Below, one piece after another: positions 16,417-25,405 of a stretch of 64,000 nt of DNA (position 1 is the first letter of the stretch; each line of letters opens with the position of its first letter). The stretch lies in the NCBI GenBank assembly GCA_027310565.1, contig DAIDAP010000014.1, forward strand, positions 3,727-67,726, read 5' to 3'. The position numbers were made by a program, and so were the translations under genes. Source of the DNA: Chloroflexota bacterium. GTDB lineage: Bacteria; Chloroflexota; Limnocylindria; P2-11E. Below the pieces are notes generated by a model. That model had not been told where the DNA came from. It saw only the letters and a list, made by a program, of their open reading frames with translations, and did not search any database.

Positions 16417-16436
16417 GTACCGTACCGTACGGTACG
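16417..16436. promoter_or_regulatory. palindromic candidate TetR operator in the divergent intergenic region
   Basis: GTACC GTACC GTACG GTACG. The 14-mer GTACCGTACGGTAC (16422-16435) is a perfect palindrome beginning 15 nt upstream of the TetR start codon. Confidence 0.5.
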
Positions 16437-16560
16437 ACGATCGTCGCCGCCGAATGGCGCAGGTCGTCCCGCCGCGTCTCTGGCGGACTCGTTTCGCCGC
16501 AGATCACGGGCTCCGGTTGCGGGCTTGACGCGAACCGGAAGAGCCGCCATTCTTTACAGC

Positions 16561-16809
16561 ATGGCAACGGAAGTAAAGAAGCGAACGCGGGGTACCACGC
16601 GGATCAGCTCGAAGCATCAGGTGACGATCCCCGCGGTCGCGATGCGCCGCGCCGGGCTCCGCCCCGGTGACGAGCTGCGCATCGTAGAGGCGGGGCGAGG
16701 CCGGGTGGTCCTCGCGCGCAGGACCGACGCGATCCGTCGCCACGCCGGCGCGCTCACCGGGGTGTATTCGAAGGGCTACCTTGAGAAGCTGCGGAACGAG
16801 TGGCGGTAA
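16561..16809 (+). CDS. vapB: type II antitoxin, AbrB/MazE/SpoVT-fold (VapB-like)
   Basis: 82 aa. HQVTIPAVAMRRAGLRPGDELRIVEAG is the swapped-hairpin DNA-binding motif. Its end overlaps the downstream PIN toxin start by 10 nt. Confidence 0.7.
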   Translation: MATEVKKRTRGTTRISSKHQVTIPAVAMRRAGLRPGDELRIVEAGRGRVVLARRTDAIRRHAGALTGVYSKGYLEKLRNEWR

Positions 16810-17192
16810 CGATCGTCGACGCGAGCCTGCTCATCGCGCTGCTGGATGCCGCCGACACACACCACCAGCGCGCGACCGCCACGCTCGCCGACCCTGGCCT
16901 CGGGGAGATCGTCGTGCCGGCCAGCGCGTACGCGGAGACCCTTGTCGGGCCGAGCCGGCGCGGTCCGGCCGCCGTCAAGGCGGTCGATGACCTTCTGAGC
17001 GACCTCGCCGCTGAGGTAGCGCCGATCTCGCGAGAGGTCGCACGCAGAGCGGCCCAGCTTCGCGCCGCGCACCCATCGCTCCGGCTCCCCGATGCGCTCG
17101 TGCTTGCGACCGGCGACGTGCGCGAGGCCAGGGCCGTCTTGACGACCGACCGCCGTTGGAGCCGCTACGGCCGGCGGGTTCGCGTCGTCTGA
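16800..17192 (+). CDS. vapC: PIN-domain ribonuclease toxin (VapC-like)
   Basis: 130 aa starting MAVTIVDASLLIALLD (the first acidic PIN residue), followed by the conserved ...DALVLATG... region. Confidence 0.75.
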   Translation: MAVTIVDASLLIALLDAADTHHQRATATLADPGLGEIVVPASAYAETLVGPSRRGPAAVKAVDDLLSDLAAEVAPISREVARRAAQLRAAHPSLRLPDALVLATGDVREARAVLTTDRRWSRYGRRVRVV

Positions 17193-17252
17193 GCCTCAGC
17201 ACTCCGCGATTGCGTACAGCGGGGTGTGCAGCCAGCGAGAACAGCGCGACCG

Positions 17253-18023
17253 TCACCAGAGCGCCGGCAGCCACGGCGGGTTCGCGGCGACGAGCAGCGA
17301 AAGCGCGAGGAGGCCGATCCCGATGGGCACGACGCCGCGTTCGCCGTCGCGGCCGGTGCGCTCGAACAGCGTCACCAGCGTGAGCGTAGCCATCCACACG
17401 AGGTTCGCGACCCCCGCGGCGAACATGACGAGCATGAGCGCCCAGCAGCAGCCGAGGCAGAAGAGGCCGTGGCCCGCGCCGAGCCGGAACGCGCCCGCGA
17501 TCCCGCGGCGGTAGTGGCTCACCATGTACTGGGCGGGGTTGCGGCACTCGCGCAGGCACTGCCGCTTCAGATCGGTGAACTGGAAGAGCCCCGCGCCGGC
17601 GAGCACCGCGCTCGCGACGAGCCACGGCCGCTCGGCGAGCGGCGCGAACGCTTCCACGGCCTTGTGCACGACGCCGTCGAGCCCCAGCCCGAGCGCGCCG
17701 AAGACCGCCCACACGACGCCGTACCCGAACAGGAACGTCCAGCGCAGCGGCGTCGCTCCCGGCTGCCGCGCCGAGACGCGATCGAAGAGCCCGATGAGCG
17801 GCAGCGCCGAAGGGAGCATCATCGCCGCGACCATCGCCTGCCACGCGACGAGGAAAAGGCCGAGGGCGGCGAGCGGCGGCAGGCCGCCCTCGGCGAGCGC
17901 GTCGTGGCGGAGCGCCGCGGGCGCGTCGGTGAGCTGGGAGGCGAGCACGAGGACCCAGGCGATCGCGATCGCCGCGAGCACCTCGACGCGCGCCGGCAGC
18001 GCGCGGGCCACGACGCTCGTCAT
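17253..18023 (-). CDS. DUF2182-family integral membrane protein (putative metal-binding membrane protein)
   Basis: Start at MTSVVARALPA (ATG revcomp ending at 18023). It is multi-TM, with a conserved C-rich segment LFCLGCCWALMLVMF. Its start overlaps the stop of the DUF1326 gene (ATGA). Confidence 0.65.
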   Translation of the reverse strand: MTSVVARALPARVEVLAAIAIAWVLVLASQLTDAPAALRHDALAEGGLPPLAALGLFLVAWQAMVAAMMLPSALPLIGLFDRVSARQPGATPLRWTFLFGYGVVWAVFGALGLGLDGVVHKAVEAFAPLAERPWLVASAVLAGAGLFQFTDLKRQCLRECRNPAQYMVSHYRRGIAGAFRLGAGHGLFCLGCCWALMLVMFAAGVANLVWMATLTLVTLFERTGRDGERGVVPIGIGLLALSLLVAANPPWLPALW

Positions 18024-18670
18024 GCCTTGTGCTCGATGCGGTACTCGGACTGGATCGCGTTGCGGCCCTCGTACTGCCAGTCGATCCCGTACTTCGGGAG
18101 GCGCACGCGGTACAGCGACGCCTTGCCGACCCATGCCGGTGAGCCCGGGACGGTGCTGAAGAGGCTGTCGCGCAGGGTGGTCACGGTCTTCTTGTCAGGG
18201 GCGCGGTACGGCGACATGGTCGCCTCGATGACGCCGGGAACGCGCAGCGTCCCGTTTCCCTCCGCGACCTCGTGCTCGATGCGGGCGCGCTCGGTCCCGA
18301 GCACCTCCCCGACGAGCGCTGCGAGGTCCGCGAGCGGCCCGCCGTACTCGCCGCGGTAGACGCCCGAGATGGCCGCCTGCTGGGCCTCGGTGGCGCGGTC
18401 GTCGATGAGGTGCACGACCTTCCACGACCCCGGGGCGAGGACGTTCCCCGGGATCAGGTTCACGGTGATGAAGCTGAGCCCCGACACGTCGACGTCGCCG
18501 ATCGTGCCCCGCGTGAAGTGGTACGCGTTCGCGCTGTAGCACTTGCCACCGTCCGGATCCTCCCCGACCCAGCAGGGGCACAGGATCCCGCACGAGCAGG
18601 CTTCGAGGAGCGTGCCCTGGAGCGCGTATCCCGCCGTCGTCGCGCGCTGTTTCGTCATGACCTTCGCCAT
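18020..18670 (-). CDS. DUF1326-family protein (partner of DUF2182)
   Basis: Start at MAKVMTKQ. The N-terminal CSCGILCPCW motif is characteristic of DUF1326. The DUF1326/DUF2182 pair is a recurrent co-transcribed unit. Confidence 0.65.
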   Translation of the reverse strand: MAKVMTKQRATTAGYALQGTLLEACSCGILCPCWVGEDPDGGKCYSANAYHFTRGTIGDVDVSGLSFITVNLIPGNVLAPGSWKVVHLIDDRATEAQQAAISGVYRGEYGGPLADLAALVGEVLGTERARIEHEVAEGNGTLRVPGVIEATMSPYRAPDKKTVTTLRDSLFSTVPGSPAWVGKASLYRVRLPKYGIDWQYEGRNAIQSEYRIEHKA

Positions 18671-18815
18671 CGCGTCACCTCCATGTGAAGATGCGGCGAT
18701 TCTCCGCACGTCGGCGCCTCACTCCATCCGTGTGCCGTACGGAGCCCCGCGTACGGCGGTACGGAAACCCGCGCGAGCGGCTTCCGCCGCGCCCGACACG
18801 GCAGAATCCGTGGTC

Positions 18816-21614
18816 ATGGCGCGAACCCTGGTCCGGTCGCCGGTCGTCGTGGGCCGAGAGGCCGAGGTCGCCGAGCTCCGAGAGCTCGTGCAGGCGGCCG
18901 CGGACGCGCGCAGGCCGCTCGTCCTGCTCGTCGGCGAGGCCGGGTCGGGGAAGACGCGTCTGCTGCGCGAGGTGGAGGGCGAGGCCCAGCGCAAGGGGAT
19001 CCCGGTGCTCGCCGGCGGCGCGCCGCTCGGGTACGTCGCTCCGGCGTTCGGCGTGCTCGCGCAGGCGCTGCGCACGTGGACCCGGAGTCATCAGCTGCCG
19101 GAGGCCGAGCTCGCGCCGTTCGCGGTGGGACTGCGTCTGGTGCTCCCGGAGTGGCCGGTGCGCTCGGAGCCGCCCGCGCTCACGCCCGATCAGCTCCGGC
19201 TGCTCGTGCTCGAGGGCGCGCTTCGGCTCCTCCGCGTGATCGGACGCGGGGCTGGCGTCCTGCTCACGCTCGACGATCTCCACGCCGCGGACGCCGAGAC
19301 GTGGGAATTCCTCGTGAGCGCGGCGCCGGCGCTGGCACGCGAGCGCGTGCTGGTCGTCGGCGCGCTGCGTGACGCGCCGGAGGGCCGCGCGCGCCGGCAG
19401 GCCGCGCGCGCGCTCGCGCGCCGCGACGCCGCGCGGATCATCGACGTCCCGCCGCTCGGGCTCGAGAGCGTGTCCGCGATGATCGCGGCGATCCTCGGTG
19501 CGGAGCCTCCGGCGGGCTTCGCCGCCGACCTGATGGGCCGCACCGACGGCGTCCCGCTGCTGGTCGAGGAGATGGTCCAGGCCCACCTCGCCGCGGGGAC
19601 GCTGCGCGCGGAACGCGGACGCTTCGAGTGGTCTGGCCGCGACCGTCGCGTCGTCCCGCGCACGGAGCTCGAGCTCGCGCGCGAGCGTATGAGCGCCCTG
19701 TCCGCGGACGCGCGTCTGGTGGTGAGCGCGGCGGCGGTGCTCGGTTCGTTCGATGGCCAGGCCCTCGCCGCGACGACCGGCCTCGCCCTGAACGCGCTCG
19801 CGGCGGCGCTGCGCGAGACCGAAGGGAGCGGGCTCCTCGATACCGCGACGACGCCGTCGTTCCGCCATGCCCTCATCCGCGAGGCTGTCCTGGAAGCGCT
19901 CGTACCGGTCGAGCGCCGCGACCTGCACCGACGTGCTGCGGCGGCGCTCGAGCGGCCCGCCGGCGACGCGGCACTCCTCGAGCGGCGCGCGATGCACCTC
20001 GCGGAGGCCGCTGACCAGGAGACGGCGGCCGGGCTCCTCCTCGCGGCGGCGAGAGACTCGCGGACGCGCCATGCGCTCCTGTCGGCCGAACGGCAGCTGC
20101 GTGCCGCGCTTGCGCTCACCGCCGATGCCGTGCTGCGCTCGCAAGCGCACGACGCGCTCGCCGAGGTGCTCGGCGCGCTCGGGCGCTGGGAGGAAGCCCT
20201 CGCGGTCGACCGCGAGTCGCTCGCGAGCGCCGGGGCCGAGCGGCTCGCTCGCATGGCCCGCCACGCCGTCCTCGCCGGCCGATCGAGCGAGGCCGACGAG
20301 CTCCTCGCCGGGGCTGCCACCGCGGGTGCGGCGCCCGGGCCGCTGCGTGCGCTCGCGGCGCTCGCCGCGCTGTGGCGCGGCGACCTCGAGCGCGCGGTGA
20401 GCGAGAGCGAGGCCGCGCTCGCCGACCCGAGCTCGCCGCCCGAGACGATCTGCGCCGCGCTCGACGTGAACGGCCGCGCGGCGGACGCGCTCGGACGGCG
20501 CGACGATGCGCGTCGCGCGTTCGCGCGCTGGGTCGAGGTCGCGGAGCGCAGCGGACTCGCGCACTCGCGGCTGCAGGCGCTCATGGAGCGCGGGAACGTC
20601 GACTTCCTCGCCGGCGGTCCGAGCGACGGGCTCGTGCAGGCGCGCGACCTCGCGCGGGAGATGGGCGCGTTCACCACGCTCGTGCTCGCCGACCTCTCGC
20701 TCACGTGGTGGTACGGCCGCCGCGCTCGACTGGATGCGGCGCTCGCCGCGGCCGACGAAGCGGTGGACCTCTGTGGCCGTCTCATGCTGGACCTGCTCCC
20801 GCACGCGCTCGTCGCGCGCGCCTGGGTCCAGGCGCTGCGCGAGCCGGGGACGGAGGCGGCGTCGCTCTCCGAGGCGGAACGCAGCGCCCCCGACGACACC
20901 GACGTGCGGATCCTCACCGCATGGGTCCGTGGCGACGCGGCGATGCACGCCGGCCGCGCCGCCGAGGCCGCTGGGCACTACATCACGTCGGCGGAGCTGA
21001 TGCGCGGCGCGCCCTCGTCCGCGCCGCCACCCGGGCCATTCATGCTGCCATGCGCGTTGCTCCTCGCGGGCCGCGATCGAGAGTCACGCGCGGCGCTCGA
21101 GGACGCGCGCCGTTCGCCCGCGGTGCATCGTCAGTACGTGAACGCGGCATGGGTGGCGATCGCGGAAGCGCTCGCGATCCGCGACGCTGACGCCTTCGAG
21201 TCGGCGATCGCGCGGATCCGCGAGAGCGCGACGATGGACGCGGCGCTCGCGCTCACGATCGCCGCGACCCTTATCCGTGCTCCGCGGGCGCGCGAATGGG
21301 TACGCGAGGCGCTCGTCACGTTCGATGACGCGGGCATGAAGACCGACTCGGAGCGCGGGCGGCGGCTGCTCCGCGCGCTCGGCGGTCACGTGCCGGCGCC
21401 CCGGCGCCGGAACGCCGTGCCCGCCGACCTGGCCGCGCGGGGCGTGAGCGAGCGCGAGTGGGAGGTGCTGCGGCTCGTCCGCGAGCGCCTCTCGAACGCC
21501 GACATCGCGGCACGCCTCTTCGTCTCCGTCCGCACCGTCGAGAGCCACGTCTCGGCGCTCCTGCGCAAGCTCGGCGGCAAGGACCGCACGGACCTCGTTC
21601 GCTCCGACCGGTAG
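18816..21614 (+). CDS. LuxR-family transcriptional regulator, large ATP-binding (LAL/MalT-like) type
   Basis: N-terminal AAA/P-loop (LLVGEAGSGKTRLL), a long helical/TPR-like middle region, and a C-terminal LuxR HTH (SEREWEVLRLVRERLSNADIAARLFVSVRTVESHVSALLRKLG). Start chosen at MARTLVRSPVVVGREAE (ATG at 18816). Confidence 0.8.
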   Translation: MARTLVRSPVVVGREAEVAELRELVQAAADARRPLVLLVGEAGSGKTRLLREVEGEAQRKGIPVLAGGAPLGYVAPAFGVLAQALRTWTRSHQLPEAELAPFAVGLRLVLPEWPVRSEPPALTPDQLRLLVLEGALRLLRVIGRGAGVLLTLDDLHAADAETWEFLVSAAPALARERVLVVGALRDAPEGRARRQAARALARRDAARIIDVPPLGLESVSAMIAAILGAEPPAGFAADLMGRTDGVPLLVEEMVQAHLAAGTLRAERGRFEWSGRDRRVVPRTELELARERMSALSADARLVVSAAAVLGSFDGQALAATTGLALNALAAALRETEGSGLLDTATTPSFRHALIREAVLEALVPVERRDLHRRAAAALERPAGDAALLERRAMHLAEAADQETAAGLLLAAARDSRTRHALLSAERQLRAALALTADAVLRSQAHDALAEVLGALGRWEEALAVDRESLASAGAERLARMARHAVLAGRSSEADELLAGAATAGAAPGPLRALAALAALWRGDLERAVSESEAALADPSSPPETICAALDVNGRAADALGRRDDARRAFARWVEVAERSGLAHSRLQALMERGNVDFLAGGPSDGLVQARDLAREMGAFTTLVLADLSLTWWYGRRARLDAALAAADEAVDLCGRLMLDLLPHALVARAWVQALREPGTEAASLSEAERSAPDDTDVRILTAWVRGDAAMHAGRAAEAAGHYITSAELMRGAPSSAPPPGPFMLPCALLLAGRDRESRAALEDARRSPAVHRQYVNAAWVAIAEALAIRDADAFESAIARIRESATMDAALALTIAATLIRAPRAREWVREALVTFDDAGMKTDSERGRRLLRALGGHVPAPRRRNAVPADLAARGVSEREWEVLRLVRERLSNADIAARLFVSVRTVESHVSALLRKLGGKDRTDLVRSDR

Positions 21615-21723
21615 GCTGCGACCCTTCGGCCGTCCGGCGTGAGCCGCTCGTCGAGGAGCGGCGGCAGGCGCGGGAGAAGGTCAACGCGCCGCCGGCCGCA
21701 CCAGAGGAGGATGATCTGGTGCG

Positions 21724-22884
21724 GTGTCCGTGAGCACTGGACGAGTTACCGACTGGGATCCACGGGATCCCTCGGTGCTGCGCGATCAGCGCCGCGCGTA
21801 CGACCGGATGCGGGAGACCTGCCCCGTCGCGTACAGCGACCTGTTGGGGTGGTCCCTTTTCCGATACGACGACGTCCTTCGGGCGACCGCCGACCCGCGC
21901 ACCTTCAGCAACGCGACCAGGCGGCACGCCGTGCCCAATGGATGGGACCCGCCCGAGCACACCCTCTATCGCCAGGCCCTCGAACCGCACTTCAGTCCCG
22001 AGCGGATGTGGACGCTCGAACCGGGATGCCGGCGGGCCGTCACATCGCTTCTGGAGCCGCTGCTGAAACGAGCAGAAGCGGACTTCGTCGCCGACCTCGC
22101 CGAACCGTACGCGCTCGAGATGATCTGCGAGCTCCTCGGGTGGCCAGCGGAGGATTGGTCGCAGCTGCGTGACTGGACCCGCGCCAATCAGCACGCGTCC
22201 TTCACCGCGGAGACCGCCGACCTGGCAGCCGTGGCGAAGACCTTCTCCGCCTACGTCTTACGCCAGCTCGACGCCCGCCGTGCCCGAGCAGCCGACCCAA
22301 GCGAAGACATCACAGCCGGCCTGCTCGCCCTTGACGTGGCCGGGAAGCGGCTCTCTGACGATGAGATGATCAGCCTGCTGCGGAACTACGTGGCCGGCGC
22401 GGGCACGACCGTCGCCGCGCTGGGGATCGCGGCGCTCCATCTGGCCGAGGACCTTGCGTTGCAGCGGCAACTTCGCGCGGACACCTCACTCGTTCCCGCA
22501 TTCGTCGAGGAGACGCTCCGCTGCGACGGACCGCTCGTCGCGAACGGACGGACCACGTCGGCCGAGGTCGAGATCGGTGGACGCACGATCCCCGTCGGCG
22601 AGCACGTCTCGCTCATGTGGATGGCTGCGGATCGTGATGAGCATGTCTTCCCGCAGCCCGACGCGATCCGCCTCGACCGGGGCCCGACGCCTCACCTCGC
22701 CTTCGGCGCCGGCATCCACCGGTGCCCGGGCGCGCCACTCGTGCGCCTCGAGATGCGGGTGGCGCTTGAGGAGCTGCTGGCGCGCAGCCGGACCCTCTCG
22801 CTGGCGGTGGCGGATCCCCCGCGTCGCACCGTCTATCCGGGCAACGGCCTCGGCGCGCTACCGCTTCGGCCCATTCGCCGATAG
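21724..22884 (+). CDS. cytochrome P450
   Basis: Heme-binding loop FGAGIHRCPGAPL, EXXR motif (EETLRCD), and an I-helix-like AGAGTT region. GTG start. Confidence 0.85.
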   Translation: MSVSTGRVTDWDPRDPSVLRDQRRAYDRMRETCPVAYSDLLGWSLFRYDDVLRATADPRTFSNATRRHAVPNGWDPPEHTLYRQALEPHFSPERMWTLEPGCRRAVTSLLEPLLKRAEADFVADLAEPYALEMICELLGWPAEDWSQLRDWTRANQHASFTAETADLAAVAKTFSAYVLRQLDARRARAADPSEDITAGLLALDVAGKRLSDDEMISLLRNYVAGAGTTVAALGIAALHLAEDLALQRQLRADTSLVPAFVEETLRCDGPLVANGRTTSAEVEIGGRTIPVGEHVSLMWMAADRDEHVFPQPDAIRLDRGPTPHLAFGAGIHRCPGAPLVRLEMRVALEELLARSRTLSLAVADPPRRTVYPGNGLGALPLRPIRR

Positions 22885-22928
22885 ACGCATCCGACTTCTC
22901 TCATCGGATCGGCAACGCCACGGCCGAC

Positions 22929-23309
22929 CTATGGTTCCAGCGCAAGCATGAGCAGGAACCGGGCGTCACGCCGCGCAGTGACCGAGTGGGCGGTATCCGG
23001 AGCGAGGATCAACAGTCCGCCTGATCCCACGTCGGCGGGCCCCTTCGGCGTCGTGACCCGCAGGACGCCGCGGAGCACCTGGATCGAGACATAGCCCTTC
23101 ACGCGGTGTTCGGCCATCGACTTGCCCGCGCGGAGCGCGACCACCTCGACCCCGAGCGGCTTGGCGTTCACCAGCGTTTTCGCGGTGCGCCCGGACCGCC
23201 GGTACGCCGCCGACTGCTCGAGCGCGGCTGCCTCGCCTCGAGGCACGAAGCGCAGCACCTCCCCCTTCACTCGATGCGTTCGCAAGTACGTGTGTCCCGG
23301 CTCTGGCAT
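22929..23309 (-). CDS. cupin-domain protein
   Basis: 126 aa with a two-His cupin-like β-barrel region (KSMAEHRVKGYVSIQVLRGVLRVT). Confidence 0.5.
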   Translation of the reverse strand: MPEPGHTYLRTHRVKGEVLRFVPRGEAAALEQSAAYRRSGRTAKTLVNAKPLGVEVVALRAGKSMAEHRVKGYVSIQVLRGVLRVTTPKGPADVGSGGLLILAPDTAHSVTARRDARFLLMLALEP

Positions 23310-23313
23310 CTCG

Positions 23314-23808
23314 TCAGACCTCCTTCGCCCTTCTCGCGGCCGCCTCCATCGCTTCGAACATCCGCTTCGCCCCGTCCGGCGTGAGCCGCTGGTCGAGGAG
23401 CGGCAGGTACGCCTCCTCCTCCTTGCGGAAGTGCAGCGCCACCAGGACGTAGAGCCCGTAGAGCGCCATCCGCAGCTCGTTCTCCTGCGAGCGGGTCAGC
23501 GTCGCGGAGGCCATCTTCGCCCTCAGCTCGCCGAGGAGCCGGGTCTGGCGTCCCACCTCGACGTGGTCGAGGCTCATCGTCCGGGTCGCTCCAGGCGCCC
23601 CGAGCAGCGCGTCGACGACCGGGTAGAGCGCCTCATCTTCCGCCCTCGCGTGAGGGATGAGGTGACCGGTCAGGAACCCCTCCGCCTCGCGGACCTTGGC
23701 GGCCAGCTCCGGCGCGGAGCTCGCGCCGACGGCGTCCGCGGCGATGCGCAGTGACTCGACGTGGGGAAGGAGCTCGGCGTGCTCGTCGCGCAGTGGCTTG
23801 GTAAGCAT
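23314..23808 (-). CDS. hemerythrin-like (HHE cation-binding) domain protein
   Basis: Start at MLTKPLRDEHAELLP, with a GGAGGTG Shine-Dalgarno 7 nt upstream. Repeated H/E helices (HLIPHARAEDEALYP, LHFRKEEEAYLPLL) are typical of the hemerythrin fold. The track ORF's 84 aa N-terminal extension is not used. Confidence 0.55.
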   Translation of the reverse strand: MLTKPLRDEHAELLPHVESLRIAADAVGASSAPELAAKVREAEGFLTGHLIPHARAEDEALYPVVDALLGAPGATRTMSLDHVEVGRQTRLLGELRAKMASATLTRSQENELRMALYGLYVLVALHFRKEEEAYLPLLDQRLTPDGAKRMFEAMEAAARRAKEV

Positions 23809-23971
23809 CGCGGCACCTCCTTGACCCATGCTCGCACCGCCGTCCGCCGGCCGCTCTGTAGAATGCGGGCGCTTCCTCTCGGGGCCTCTCGCGCACGGCC
23901 GGTGTGAGCTCGTGGCACGGGGGTGTGGTGGCGAGCACTGGTGCGGCGTCACAAGAACGCGGGAGGAAGGT

Positions 23972-25405
23972 ATGGCAGCAAGCAGCGGCGCGATGAGCGC
24001 TGACACGAGCTGGCTCGAGCGCCGGTTCAAGATCCGCGCGGCCGGGTCCACGGTGGGCACGGAGATCCGCGGCGGTCTGACGAACTACCTCGTCATGTCC
24101 TACATCCTGGTCGTCAACGCCGTCGTCCTGGGCAACGCGGGCATCCCGTTCCCGGCCGTGGTCGCGGCGACCGCGCTCATGGCCGCGCTGTTCACCGCCG
24201 GCATGGCGCTCTGGGCGAACTACCCGTACGCCGGCGCGGCCGGCCTCGGCATCAACGCGGTCGTCGCGTTCGGCCTGGTCGCCGGCGCGGGCCTCTCCTG
24301 GCAGGGCGCGATGGGCGTCGTCGCGCTCGAAGGGCTCGCGATCTGCGTCGCGATGGCGCTCGGCGTGCGCCGCGCGCTCCTCGACGCGGTCCCGATGCCG
24401 CTCAAGCTCGGCATCGGCGCGGGCATCGGCGCGTTCATCTTCACCATCGGCGCGTTCAACGGCGGCATCGTCGCGGCCACCGGCAACCCGTCCGACCCGG
24501 TCGCGATCGGCAACCTCAACTCGGCGACCGCGATCGTCACGCTGGGCGGCCTCCTGCTCACCGCGGTCCTCTACGCGCGGAACGTCAAGGGCGCGCTCAT
24601 CCTCGGCATCATCGGCGCGACGGTCGTCGCCGTCGTGGTGAACGCCGCCACCGGCGGCGCGGCGTACAAGGACCTCCCCGGCGTCGCGGTCGCGCCGCAG
24701 ACGTGGGTGGACACGCCGGACTTCTCGACCATCGGCGCGATCTTCACGACCGTCAACGGCGGCCTCGCGCTCTTCGAGGTCTTCCGGCTCGGCTTCTTCG
24801 TCGCGATCCTCACCGTCTTCTCGCTCATGCTCTCGGACTTCTTCGACACCGCCGGGACGGTGGTCTCGGTGGCCTCCGAGGGCGGCTGGCTCAAGAAGGA
24901 CGGCACCATCGAGCGCGCGGACCGGGTCTTCTGGGTCGACTCGCTCGGGGCGCTCTTCGGCGGGATCTTCGGCACCTCCAGCAACACCACGTACATCGAA
25001 TCGGGCGCGGGCGTCGCGGATGGGGCGAAGACCGGGCTCGCGAGCCTGGTCACCGCCGCGCTCTTCCTGGTCTCGATCCTGCTCGCGCCCATCGCCGGCA
25101 TCGTGCCGCCGCAGGCGACCGCGCCGGCGCTCATGCTCGTCGGCTGGTTCATGTTCCGGCCGCTCCTCGACCTCAACAAGATCGGCGGCATCGACTTCGC
25201 GATGGGCTTCGCCGTGCTGCTCACCGTCTTCGTCATGCCGCTGTCGTACTCGATCACCAACGGCGTCGGCGCCGGCTTCATCGCGTACACCGCGCTGAAG
25301 GCCGCGGGCGGCAAGACGAGCGAGGTGAGCCGCTGGATGTGGATCGCGTCGATCGCCTTCGCGGTCTACTTCGCGGACCCCTGGCTGCGGCAGTTCATCC
25401 AGTAG
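23972..25405 (+). CDS. NCS2-family nucleobase permease (AzgA-like purine transporter)
   Basis: Start at MAASSGAMS with a GGAGGAAGG RBS. The N-terminus (FKIRAAGSTVGTEIRGGLTNYLVMSYILVVNAVVL) is typical of AzgA-like permeases. About 13 TM segments. Confidence 0.8.
   Translation: MAASSGAMSADTSWLERRFKIRAAGSTVGTEIRGGLTNYLVMSYILVVNAVVLGNAGIPFPAVVAATALMAALFTAGMALWANYPYAGAAGLGINAVVAFGLVAGAGLSWQGAMGVVALEGLAICVAMALGVRRALLDAVPMPLKLGIGAGIGAFIFTIGAFNGGIVAATGNPSDPVAIGNLNSATAIVTLGGLLLTAVLYARNVKGALILGIIGATVVAVVVNAATGGAAYKDLPGVAVAPQTWVDTPDFSTIGAIFTTVNGGLALFEVFRLGFFVAILTVFSLMLSDFFDTAGTVVSVASEGGWLKKDGTIERADRVFWVDSLGALFGGIFGTSSNTTYIESGAGVADGAKTGLASLVTAALFLVSILLAPIAGIVPPQATAPALMLVGWFMFRPLLDLNKIGGIDFAMGFAVLLTVFVMPLSYSITNGVGAGFIAYTALKAAGGKTSEVSRWMWIASIAFAVYFADPWLRQFIQ

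Noticed and set aside
18675-20978. 767-aa and 575-aa minus-strand ORFs inside the LuxR regulator gene
   Set aside because: Low-complexity Arg/Ala/Ser-rich antisense frames are typical of GC-rich DNA. The plus-strand product has clear P-loop and LuxR HTH motifs.
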